Shown here: one piece after another, positions 1 to 10,583 of the stretch
Numbering within the stretch: the first letter of the stretch is position 1
Layout: every line of letters starts with the position of its first letter
Assembly: GCA_010093815.1 (NCBI GenBank)
Contig: ML996566.1
DNA length: 64,000 nucleotides
Reading direction: 5' to 3' (one strand)
DNA from: Pseudovirgaria hyperparasitica
Lineage: Eukaryota
Notes under the pieces: generated by a model
Seen by the model: the letters and a program-made list of their open reading frames with translations, nothing else
Database searches by the model: none
Told to the model about the DNA's origin: nothing
Made by a program: the position numbers and the translations under genes

Positions 1-299
1 CGTCCGTGTACGAAGATCTCGCCCTGGCTCTGAGCCGGTACTCGTCCAAAGATCCAGTTCCATGCAAACCGAAGGTCTCGCGGGGGTCCACGCTGCCTCA
101 ACAGGCTCTGGTGAGCTAGACGAGCCATCCGTAGGGATTCGTCAAAGGCAGGTCGGTATTCATATCTAGCACATGATGGATGGAAGGCATAAGTTTGGTG
201 TACTTGCGAGGAAGAATGAAGCGGATTCCCTCGCGAAAGACTAGAAGTATCACCCACCAGCGGACGGACACGTACAGCTGCTAGCGAACGAGAAGTGAA

Positions 300-1220
300 G
301 AGTGCTATAAGAAGCGTAAGCGAAAGTATGGAAGAAAACATTATACTTAGAAAGAAGTGTATCGTAAAAGCCCTTTTTTTGAGTATAGAAGGGATTATAG
401 TAAGGTTATAGAATGCCTAGTAAAATTTAAAGCTTTCGAATGTCACTATAGACCATAAATCGCGCATGCTTTGCCTTAGTATTCTATATATATATATATA
501 TAGAGACAAGTATATTTTTCTTTCTGTATAGAGCTCGGGTACATATTATGGATATATTTTAGATAGCAGGACAGGGGCAGGGGTCCACCGATCGCCGACG
601 TACCTCCGCGCGCAATTCCTACAGTACTACTAATATATGTATCCTTAGGTATATTTGCTTTATAGTACTCTGATTATCAGACATAAGTAGTTTGTAATTA
701 AAGGCGACGTCGTAGAACTATACTATGAAGATGATTGTAGATTAGCGATCAGTGATTATCTTGGACCCCTATTAGGAGTTATTCATGTACACAGCGTGGA
801 TACAATAATAGGACATCAATAAGGGTCGTTCGCCGCCAAGTCTTCAGAGCGAGACAGGATAAGAGAGATCCATCCGTCTGTAACTATGGATTTTAGCGCG
901 ACTCTTGGCACGCGTTTTTCGCGCATCTTCGCATGGATTCTTGAAACCCCATAATTACTATTCTTAATACCTATATGATTCCTAGAGAAGAATTAGAGAA
1001 GACAGGTCAAATATAGATTTCTCGATTTTTCTTCCTTTATAGACCTTTCAAACTATGAAACGGTCTAAGAAATATTCTTAAATATAAGATAAGTATAACA
1101 GCACCTAACACTATCTTTTATATAGATATATCTAGAGATTTAGATTTTATAACCTAGTAAAAGGAGGATAGTGTTTGCGCGCGACGCGTGCCAGGAGTCG
1201 CGCTGAAAAAAGTTACAGAA
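300..1220. mobile_element. AT-rich, RIP-like degraded repeat/TE relic
   Basis: Sharp drop in GC with many TpA/TAG words (tatag, ctag, a (TA)n run near 486-502) and no ORF in the track. This is the expected footprint of RIP. Confidence 0.6.
877..1219. mobile_element. MITE-like non-autonomous DNA element with ~45-bp imperfect terminal inverted repeats
   Basis: 877-925 reads tctgtaactatggattttagcgcgactcttggcacgcgtttttcgcgca. The reverse complement of 1177-1219 reads tctgtaacttttttcagcgcgactcctggcacgcgtcgcgcgca. The interior is AT-rich. Confidence 0.65.
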
Positions 1221-1596
1221 TGTCTTGTCTGGTACACAGCTCGCGACTACTTCAAGATTCATGGTTCAGTCACTCATCAACCAACAAAGTAACAGCTCAT
1301 TTGTAGTGTTCATCCAACCATTCATTGTCTGAATCGAAACTGCACAATCCTTCCTTTGTTACCACAATCCCATATAACGCCTCTCCATCGCATTACTATT
1401 CCCTTTGGCCGAACGCCCTGTGGCCCGCGGGTATCAAGAATGAAAAATTCCAATGCTTATCAGACACTCTATGCGTACGCACGAGAACAGAAAGGATGCA
1501 AAGAAGCACACTAAGTAGCCACTTCCGTAGACGAATTGGCCAGAAGAACATGAGAAACCCCAAATGGAGCCACGTCTAGAATACCCCAGGCTGTTT

Positions 1597-2437
1597 TTAC
1601 AGCACAAATGCAACAACACCAGCAAGCAATGCACCAAAGCCGAAGCTTGTCTTGATCACACTACCAGCACCTTGAGACGGGCTCGGCTCAGAGCCAGTGG
1701 GTGTCGCCGGAGGGTTGTAAGTCGGGGCGCCGGTAGGGGGCGCAGTGCCATTCGGACCAACGACCGACGAAAAACCACCAGAAGGTGAAGGTGAACCGGT
1801 ACCGACAGGGGATGCCGGAGTGCCAGCGGTGAGCATGGTGAAGTTGGCGCAAGTGATACGAGTGCTGTTGGAATAGTGGATCACGATGGAACGGTTGCCA
1901 AAGAAAGCGCCGATGCCCTCCTTGAGCGAGGCGTACTGATCGTCGTACGACGCGGTGAATGATGTGCCGCTCATGGCCCCGTGCTTGCCTGAGAGATCAC
2001 CAACTTCGCAGGTCTCGGGCTTCTCTTTGTCACACTTGGGGGCAGCGGGCGTGTTGCCTCGCTCGTAGGGGTCGAGATGGGCGAGGGTCTTGGTGCAATT
2101 GCCATCCTCAGGAACAGGCATAGCGTGGAGGTGGTAGCCTTTGCAGTGTTAGCAAGAGTAGATATGGTTACGAAAGATCCAGAGTCTGCATACCCCAAGG
2201 ACCACCGGCTTCTGGTAGACCCGAGACAGAGACTTCGAAGTGAACACCCTTCCCGTCTGGGTTGCTCTCGGCTTTTACGGTTCCTCGAACAGTGTTCTTC
2301 TCACTTATTGGGAAAGTGGCGACATAGTGAGCGCCAACAGGGTTATCGCTGATGATAGCAGCATCACCAAGCTTCCCAGTCGTTTGGGCAGCTACACTGG
2401 TGGTGAGCAAAGCGGAGATAAGAGCGTAAGAGCGCAT
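1597..2437 (-). CDS. Secreted, probably GPI-anchored Cu-only superoxide dismutase (SOD4/5-like), 2 exons
   Basis: Signal peptide MRSYALISALL. An intron at ~2139-2193 (GTATGC..CTAAC..AAG) joins GGPW to GYHLHAMPV. Motifs HLH, AHLDP, CEVGDLSGKHG, RSIVIH and RITCANF are present, followed by an S/T/P-rich stalk and a hydrophobic C-terminal GPI-type tail. Confidence 0.9.
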
Positions 2438-4358
2438 GTCGACGGCGAGGTTGTGATTAAAGACAGGTTGTCGGATAGAAGATGGGTGTAATCAGTGCTG
2501 AAGAAACCCAGGAATATGTCAAAGAGTCTTTAGGCCGCTACAACGCTTGTGAGTGAGGTGTTACTAATGATTATGGAGAGTATGATTGGGGTTAAGGAAC
2601 CTTAACGCTGACGAAGAGACGAGGTAGAACAGTGTTTATAGCACCTTTGGGTGGTCGAGAAAGCAAGGAAGGAACAACGAGGCCTAGGTATGAGGTTGGA
2701 AGGAACTTACATGATATGAAGAACAACAACAACAATAGTGAGGATGGGCAAATCGAGCAAGCGCGGCTCAGCTTTGATAGGCCAGGCGATGGCAAAATAG
2801 TTTGTTGAAGTTCCTGCGGCGTAGTCTTGTAATGTCTTTGTATTAAGGAGCTGGGGTGTGGGAATGTGGAGAGATGGGAGAAGTTGAGGCTCGCGGAATG
2901 TTTTACGGAAATAGAGCAACGAGGGTGGTGATGGGTCTGTTTAATTAAGCAGGGGATGGCAACGAGGCAGAACAATTGTACAGAGCCGTTGTTACAGGAA
3001 TAGAAGAGTAGCAGGAGTTAGTGAAGGCGTCAAAAGTAGACTGGGCGCTTAAAGCGATGGTGGACGTGAAGGAGTAGTAAAAGCGCGTAAATTGTGGAAG
3101 CCGGGCTGGGCAATAGGTCAAGAGTTATATAATGATACGAGGGTCTAAATACATGTAAGTGAAGAAGACATGCGCGGGATGCAAAAAGGGCCGGCAGGAG
3201 GAATATATGAATCGCTGCACATGCTGCACATCGCAACGACAGATCCCAGACCCACAACAAGGCGAAGAGGATTGCGGCGTGAGCTTGACAGAAAATAGCA
3301 AGGCTTTGCTCGTCTGATGCTCGGGACGCTGAGTAAATTCGCGTTCTTGGACGACGTTTCACATACATAGATTATCCCATTCCATGACAACTGTATACAC
3401 AATACACAGTGGAGGTGATGATGTTGATGCGGGAAAAAAGCAGCTGCAAGCGCCGCAGCCCAACCAGAAGCAGCCAAGCGCAGTTGTTTTGAAACCAGCG
3501 ACAACACGACTCAGGGGCTCCCCATGGATGATTGGCCATCGTATGCCAATTATACTTATTCCTACAGGCCAATGCTATCAAAACAGACCACTTGGCCGCG
3601 AGTCTCTATCGCTGTGCTGCAGCCAGATGCGTATTCGTGCTCCGTCTCACCGCAGTCAACAACCTGGAAGTGCTTCTAAGCGCCCCTAGCAGCACGACTG
3701 TCGTCAAACATAATTGCGCACCTGCAGCGCTCGACGTCCAGCCGAGCTCTTGCGCCTATGCACTCCTGCGGCGTATCGTTGTCTACTACGTACTAATTAA
3801 TACGCATTCTGTTCTATTCATACCTAACCAGGTTCAAGTCCCAGTCTTGACTCATGATCTCGGCAGCCAGCCCTCCGGCCGCTCGGGAGACGCCTCCTGC
3901 TTCTACGTCCACCTAATTACCCTGCAGCCTGCATGTTCGTCTTGCCGTCTCACCTCTAGATCTGGCCAGCGGGGGATTATATGGGCACACTTTCTGCCGT
4001 GTGGCAGTGTCTGTCAGCTTCATAGCCTGCAGCAGCCTAGAAAGCTTATTGACAGCTTGTCACTGGCAGATTGCGAGTACATGGCGCGGTCATGACTGTT
4101 GATCTACAAGCACAAGAGTGCCACAGCCTAATGATCCGTCCCCCTAATTTCCCTCAAGTCCCCGTTAGGCATTTATAATTTCGTCGAGCTATAAGCCGAT
4201 ATCTGTATGCATTCGAGGCACATTCATCCAGGGAGAACCGCAAGCCACGAACGATGTAGCCTGTTTTAAACCCGCAACCAGCCTCGAACAACCATTGCCA
4301 AGCAATTTCATCACAGTGAAACCGTCCATATATGCAATAAAGCTCTCCTTCACAATTT

Positions 4359-6091
4359 CTACCTCCCTTCATTTCTGACCTTGTAACTCACTCGCGGCCG
4401 ACACCAGCCCAATACCTCAGCCACGTCTGCTCGAACCAGATCTTCCGCGACCCGGTACACGTCCTTGTACGCCTCCGGTGCTTCCTCGAACACCAGCTGC
4501 TTCTCGTCGCAAATGACCCATGTCCCACCACGTATGTCAGATCCATCTTTTGCGTGAGGTCGCTGGAACAATACAGAGGTGGGGACGGTGAGCCTCTCTG
4601 CCTTGCCCCATCGGTTTGTCATCGCCAGGTATGCGTTCGCGCGGGACATGCTGCGTCCAGCACCGTGTGCAAGCGAGAGAGCATTGTCGAGGCCAAACTT
4701 CGTGCTTGCCGTAAAGCGCGGTCGAAGAATGAGCGTTGGTGTTCCCCGCGATCCTGGCAGCGGGAGGATGTTTAACGGTTTGTTTGTGCTTGGATTATAG
4801 GTCGGCGCAGCTCCTTTACGGTGGATGTATACGTACTCGTCTCCTGGAACGATCGTGGGAGCGTCCGAAGATAGCGCTAGCGAGGTAGCTTGCTGAATGT
4901 CTATGCATTCTGGGCTTCGCGGAGGCCATCTCGTTCGTTCGACGTTGTTGTGCCAGATGTCAACTACTTTGCGCTGCTGAAGAGTCTTCTTGACGTCAGC
5001 TATAGACATGTCGGAGTCAACTTGACACTTGTTCTGACCCAATGCCCACGCGTCTTCTCCCGGTTCGAGACAAGAGAGGAATCTCAGCGCGATCAAGTCT
5101 CGGTTGCATTTTGCCCAATTACAAGCGCGGTCGTGCTCCTTCATATACGCCTTCGCCTTCTCGTCATCTTCATGTAGGCTGTCTTGTGAAGCTGAGGTGT
5201 ATCGCTTGAGGATGTCACCTCCGTATCCACGAGATCCAGAATGTACGAGTAGAATCACTTCATTCTCTAGTAGAGCTGATGAGCCTTGCTCAACCACTTG
5301 GATTTCCGCAAAGTGATTGCCTGCCCCAATCGTACCTAGTGACTCATCCCATTCCGCACCAGCCGAATGTGATTCATGCCCTTCCGTCAGCCAGGCCTCC
5401 CGCTCAGTCTGTGACCGCCATGGCCCCTCAAGCCCATGAAGCTTCTCGCCTACCTTCTTCCCTTTGTCGTCGTCGACTTGTGATCTCTTTAGCGTGGTTC
5501 TATACCAAGACATTCCACATCCAATGTCACCTCCTATCAACGGCGGATGAATCCATCGCTTGGACACAAACACCGCACCGATCGGGTATTTCGACCCAGG
5601 ATGAAGATCTGGCTGGCCACAAGCGTGCACAAGTCCAGGTAAGGTCCGTACAGTATTTTCAATCTGCGCGATTGACTGTGAATCTACTAGTGCGTTTTTC
5701 GCGAGTACGTGGATCGAACAATCTGGACTGGGCACAGCTGTATGACGTCAATTGCGACACCACAGACTCCAGTAGTGATCAACTTACGCCCGTCTTCAGG
5801 AGTTGGCTCCTTCCTCACCCCTACATACCCCTCGCCTGCAGATACAAGAAGTATAACATCGTCTCGCAGTGCATCGAGCCAGTCTTGCTCTTGGAGGAGC
5901 TCTCGTCCGTCGCGGAAAACGAAGATTCGGCTACCTTTCCTGAACTTGAGTTTGGTCTGCGCAGTCTTAATTACAAGCGCTCTACAGGATTCTCTGTCGG
6001 CTGGATTGCGAGAAAGGGTGAGTGGGAGGAGTAAGGGCGCTCTTTGGGATTGGTTCGTGTTTAATGCGACGGTGATACGTTTCGTAGGCAT
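4359..6091 (-). CDS. RtcB-family RNA ligase (RtcB2/release-factor-H-coupled type) with extra N-terminal domain; ~560 aa, 2 exons (6091-5788, 5737-4359)
   Basis: Motifs PDLHPG.YPIGA, GGDIGCGM, SLGTIGAGNHFAEIQ, LVHSGSRG, WHNN, HRKGA, LPGSRG, SLAHGAGR and EEAPEAYK. A 50-nt intron at 5738-5787 (GTAAGT..ATTGAC..CAG) joins ORF 5687-6184 in frame to ORF 4359-5735. Confidence 0.9.
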
Positions 6092-6711
6092 CTTTGCTGA
6101 CAGGCTGGAGATGGATGGACAGATTGCGCTAGCCAGATCCATTGGGAGTCTTTGGGTTCTTTGGCAATGTGTTTCCCTCTTCAATTCTGATTTTGCTGAG
6201 GCCTATTTCTATGGATATCTTGAAGGGTATACAGCACACTTAAATGTATCAACTCACTTATTTCATCCTCTCCATTTGCCGTATCAGTCCGTCAATGAAA
6301 CAAGGCTTGGGGCCAAAGCATGTGTGCACCGCCCCATGCTAAGTCAATTAGCGAGTGCTTCACTGTGATTCATCTGACGCTGCTCTAGAAGATGAAACAT
6401 TACACAGAGTGCTGCCTAGAGCGTTCATCTCTTTCTCCCTTTTCATCCCGAATCCAATCAGGCATTGTTGACCACTTGCTGTCTGAGTCATCATATGACT
6501 GTTTCCAAGGTTGGCACCTGCACAGAACGAAACTCATGGACGGCTGGACAGGAGTAGACAGAACCTCAACGATATGTTCATAAACTCGATAAGGTCTCTG
6601 AACTTAGCTTTGTCTACTATTACTTACGTGCTCTAGGACACTTGAGACTCGACAGACAGACATTACCCGTAAAGATAACATAATATATTCATACTATCCG
6701 GGATCTTAACC

Positions 6712-6830
6712 ACATTCGGCCATACCAACCAGAAAACAAGCGGTCCCGTTCGCTCCCGCCTATTTAAGCTGGTTAGGGGTGGATTAGTAGTTAGGTGGGT
6801 GACCACTAGCGAATACCCACTGCTGAATGT
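6712..6830 (+). rRNA. 5S rRNA (dispersed single copy)
   Basis: ACATTCGGCCATACC...CCCGTTCGCTC...TAGTAGTTAGGTGGGTGACCACTAGCGAATACC..GCTGAATGT. Terminal helix ACATTCGGC/GCTGAATGT, followed by TTTT terminators. Confidence 0.95.
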
Positions 6831-7178
6831 TTTGCGTTTTGGCCCCTGAATCAAAGAGAGACTATATGGAATTAAAGCATTCGTTCTATCATCACATCAA
6901 GTATGTTTGGACATACGATATTATAGCTAATTAGCACTGGAGAGACAGCATGATATTATTAGACCGACCATGTAGCATGAACTACTTAATGAAAACCGAG
7001 ATTTCGCAGGAGTGATATCAAAAGCTCTGGGAAGTGGTAACGTAGCATGTCAAGGCAGATGGTTCAGCACAGTAAATGTACTTATTTACATAGTATAATT
7101 ACAATACGAGGCAGCTGATATACATGTCCAATGCGCCAGTTTATATAATGCTCGCTACTACAAAGCGAAAATAGGAGC

Positions 7179-8650
7179 TCATAGAGTCTTGCCCCCATAG
7201 TATACCTTGCGCACATCCACCAGCTTTCGCCCTCTTCCTCTGGCGATATCTTCGGGTAGCTTTTGTTTGTGCAGAGCCTCGAAGGTCGCCTTAACGATGT
7301 TCATAGGGTTTCGTGACCGCGGAACGGATGCTCTGATGTCCTGAATACCAGCCATCTTGCAGATTTCGAAGATAATGTGCATGGCACGGTTGCCGAATCC
7401 TTGATGAAAAAATAATGTCAGAATGTGTAACGTGCATGATGTTTGATGAACTTACCTGGATGCTTCGCAGTCAAGGTAACCTCAGTCGCACCAACTTTGG
7501 CAAAAACCTCGCCATAAATAGTCCTATTCTCATAACGAAGAATCGGCTTCATGTTTCTGATCGCTCGCGCCCTTGCCTGCGCAGCTGCTTCGGTGGGTTC
7601 TGTCGACTTTCCATGACCGATACCAATCATACCATTGCGATTACCAGCAACTGCAAACATGGATGAAGATCCTATCTTGCCCATTCGAGTCTGGTTAACA
7701 ACATGTCTTCGAACAAGGACTTTGGTATAGATCTTTCTCAAGTCATCAGCAGACAGGCCAGTGCGCAGCATCGACCTCGTCATGGAGGGATCTTCTTCAT
7801 CAGCTATATCGGTCGCAGTGTTTCTCGAGATTCTGTCCGAGAGACGTGGTAGCTCTGCAGCCGTTGCTTTTAGCTGCTGTTGTTCGAGGAGCTTATAAGT
7901 TTCCTCATTAGGCGCATTGAAGAGGGTACGTGGATTCGTTGCAAACTTTTCCCAGTCTACTTCCATTTCTTCTAACCAACCTTCCTCTGCTCGATCTTCT
8001 GTATCTTCGCTCGCTTGCCATTTCCCGGTGTTGACGTATTTCTTCCCTGACGACTGTATGAATTCGGCAAGCTTTGCATATAGCTGATCTTCAGTTTTTA
8101 AGTTGATATCCTCGCCCTGTTTGAGTGGCCAGGCTGTGGTGTCTTTCTGTTGCTTGTCGTATAAATAGTCGATTTTGGAAAAGTCATCATCATTGTACTT
8201 AATCCGGGCGCCGTCGCGCCTGATCTTTCCTTGTGTGAGGAAGTCCCTGTCATCAATCGAGTGTTCCGCAGCGCGAATAGCAGCCACTTGTGCAGGTGTG
8301 TAGGCTAGTTTCAGCGCTTCCTTATGCTCCTTCCCATATCGATTATTAATTTGAGCGGCTGCTTTATTGAGCGTGGTGAGTTGGTCTTCTGTGGGCGAAA
8401 AGTTCGACGCCGACATATTATGTTTCCGGAGCCTCCTCTTGGTACTCTGGTCTAGTTCTGAGAAATGTACTAGCTTTCTCTGCAGATCCTGCATAGTTTG
8501 AATGTCATCGGCTCTGATACTGGCATATCGTGGACGGCGTCGGGCGCAGACGGCGGAAGAAGTGTGAAAGAGTCGGAGGTCGCTCGGGGACGATCGTAGG
8601 AAGGCATTTGACTTTGATAGAAGAGACTTTGCAGGACTCGAGACGCTCAT
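7179..8650 (-). CDS. MRPS5: Mitochondrial ribosomal protein uS5m, 2 exons
   Basis: Arg/Ser-rich presequence. S5 motifs [34 protein letters not shown] and [15 protein letters not shown]. Intron ~7400-7455. Confidence 0.92.
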
Positions 8651-8810
8651 GATGGCACTGCTTGATGCGCACCAGGCAATCAATCAGGTAGACGTGCACG
8701 TTGATGATTTATAAATGTAAAGGTTAGAGCTCTAAAGGCCTTGGCGTGGCGCGCCATGCATCAAAAATAAATGTCTGTGCTCTCGAAAGGACTCACAGCT
8801 TGAGCTTCAC

Positions 8811-10583
8811 ATGATCTACAAGGCAGTATTTCAGTGGCCTTTACGAGCCCTACCAACAACTTATCAAAGACTCTGCGGTCGTGGTATGGCTTCTGCTAAT
8901 ATAATTCTCCCTGGCGTCCAACGCAACTATGCACCACCCAAAAGACAACGCGATGGATATTCTCAGTATAAATTCAAGAACAAAAGACAAAAGGGCAAGA
9001 CAAGCAATGGAGGAAGTACCCTTGGAGACCATGATGAGGTGCTACTTCTAGACGTCAAGGCTCTACTGGCGACACATGCGTCTCCTGACGACATCGTCGA
9101 CAACATCGACAGTCAAGAGCCGCTTGTGTCTGAGACCGAGCATAACGCCAAGTCCCTGCCTGAGCTGAAAACAGAACTGTCATTGACAGTACAGGTCATT
9201 TCGTCGACAGGGGATGGACTAGCGACTCGGGAGGAGGATCCAGGACATGTTTACGTGGTTCCGTTTACTGCACCAGGCGACAGAGTCAAAGCCAGAGTTT
9301 TCAGGCATACCCCTAATAACTACTCGATGACGGACTTTCTGGAAGTCGAGTCACCTTCAGGATACCGAGACGACTCGTTGATCAAATGTCAATATTTCGC
9401 TACTTGCGCTGGATGTCAATTTCAAATGCTCCCCTACAGCTATCAACTCGCGCACAAGCAGCGCATAGTTCAAAAGGCTTACCAAAACTTCTCTAATCTG
9501 TTGCCAGAGCTAGTTCCAAGTGTTGATCTCACGATGGGCTCTCCCCTGGAGTACGGGTATCGTACCAAATTAACGCCACATTTTGATGGTCCGCCGAATG
9601 CAAGGAGGAGCGACGGCCGAAAGGGCCGGGTCGTTGAGTTCGAAGAAGTCCCAAACATTGGCTTCATGAAGAAAGGTACACGACAAACCATCGATATTGA
9701 AGATTGCCCCATTGGCACCGAAGCAGTCCGCAAGGGTATGGGCCGAGAAAGGAAGCGCGTGGCCGAGCAAATCAAAAGCTACCGAAAGGGGGCCACGATA
9801 CTCCTACGAGAGACCACAGAGAGGCTACCAAAGGCATCTCAAACCGGCAACACGGACTCCAAAGAGTCGAATGACGACAACGAGACAGTCATAGTTCTGG
9901 AGGATCGTGGCGAACACGTACATAAGAAGTCATGTATCAGCGACAACAAGGGCAAATCAAAGGAGTACATCGATGACTTCGTATTCGTCAATCCGGCTGG
10001 ATCGTTCTTTCAAAACAACAACTCGATCCTCTCTCCCTTCACGCAGTATATTCGCGAAGTGATCAAGCCCCAAAATGATTCAGGAGCCCCGATCACATAC
10101 TTGGTCGACGCTTACTCTGGCAGCGGCCTCTTTACCATCACCCTATCCTCGCTTTTCCAACGCTCTATCGGCATCGATATCTCTGCCGAATCAATCAATT
10201 CTGCAAACACAAACGCCAAGCTCAACAACCTCCCAGAATCTCAGGCATCTTTCATGGCTGCTGATGCCGAACACTTATTTGCAAAGCTAGACTTCCCTGC
10301 ATCTGAAACCGTAATGATGCTCGACCCTCCCAGGAGCGGATGCAACAAGCCTTTCCTGCGCCAATTACTCGAGTATGGACCTCAGCGAGTCGTGTATGTA
10401 AGTTGCAATGTGCATACACAAGCAAGGGACGTCGGCATTCTCGTCGGTGGCATGAAAGGCATTGATGCTGGTCTCGGAGAGGGCAAGGGCATCTACGAGA
10501 TAGAAAGCTTGAAAGGATTCGATTTCTTCCCACAGACGGGCCACGTGGAAGGTGTTGCTGTATTGAGGAAGAAGTCAGCTTAG
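8811..10583 (+). CDS. TRM2: tRNA (uracil-5-)-methyltransferase, TrmA/Trm2 family
   Basis: TRAM-like N-part, CQYFATCAGCQFQ, YGYRTKLTPHFD, FFQNN, DAYSGSGLF, DPPRSG, YVSCN and FDFFPQTGHVE. Confidence 0.93.
   Translation: MIYKAVFQWPLRALPTTYQRLCGRGMASANIILPGVQRNYAPPKRQRDGYSQYKFKNKRQKGKTSNGGSTLGDHDEVLLLDVKALLATHASPDDIVDNIDSQEPLVSETEHNAKSLPELKTELSLTVQVISSTGDGLATREEDPGHVYVVPFTAPGDRVKARVFRHTPNNYSMTDFLEVESPSGYRDDSLIKCQYFATCAGCQFQMLPYSYQLAHKQRIVQKAYQNFSNLLPELVPSVDLTMGSPLEYGYRTKLTPHFDGPPNARRSDGRKGRVVEFEEVPNIGFMKKGTRQTIDIEDCPIGTEAVRKGMGRERKRVAEQIKSYRKGATILLRETTERLPKASQTGNTDSKESNDDNETVIVLEDRGEHVHKKSCISDNKGKSKEYIDDFVFVNPAGSFFQNNNSILSPFTQYIREVIKPQNDSGAPITYLVDAYSGSGLFTITLSSLFQRSIGIDISAESINSANTNAKLNNLPESQASFMAADAEHLFAKLDFPASETVMMLDPPRSGCNKPFLRQLLEYGPQRVVYVSCNVHTQARDVGILVGGMKGIDAGLGEGKGIYEIESLKGFDFFPQTGHVEGVAVLRKKSA

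Noticed and set aside
5279..6368. Plus-strand ORFs of 251 and 219 aa overlapping the RtcB gene (possible partner such as PrfH)
   Set aside because: Antisense shadows. No GGQ or other release-factor motifs.
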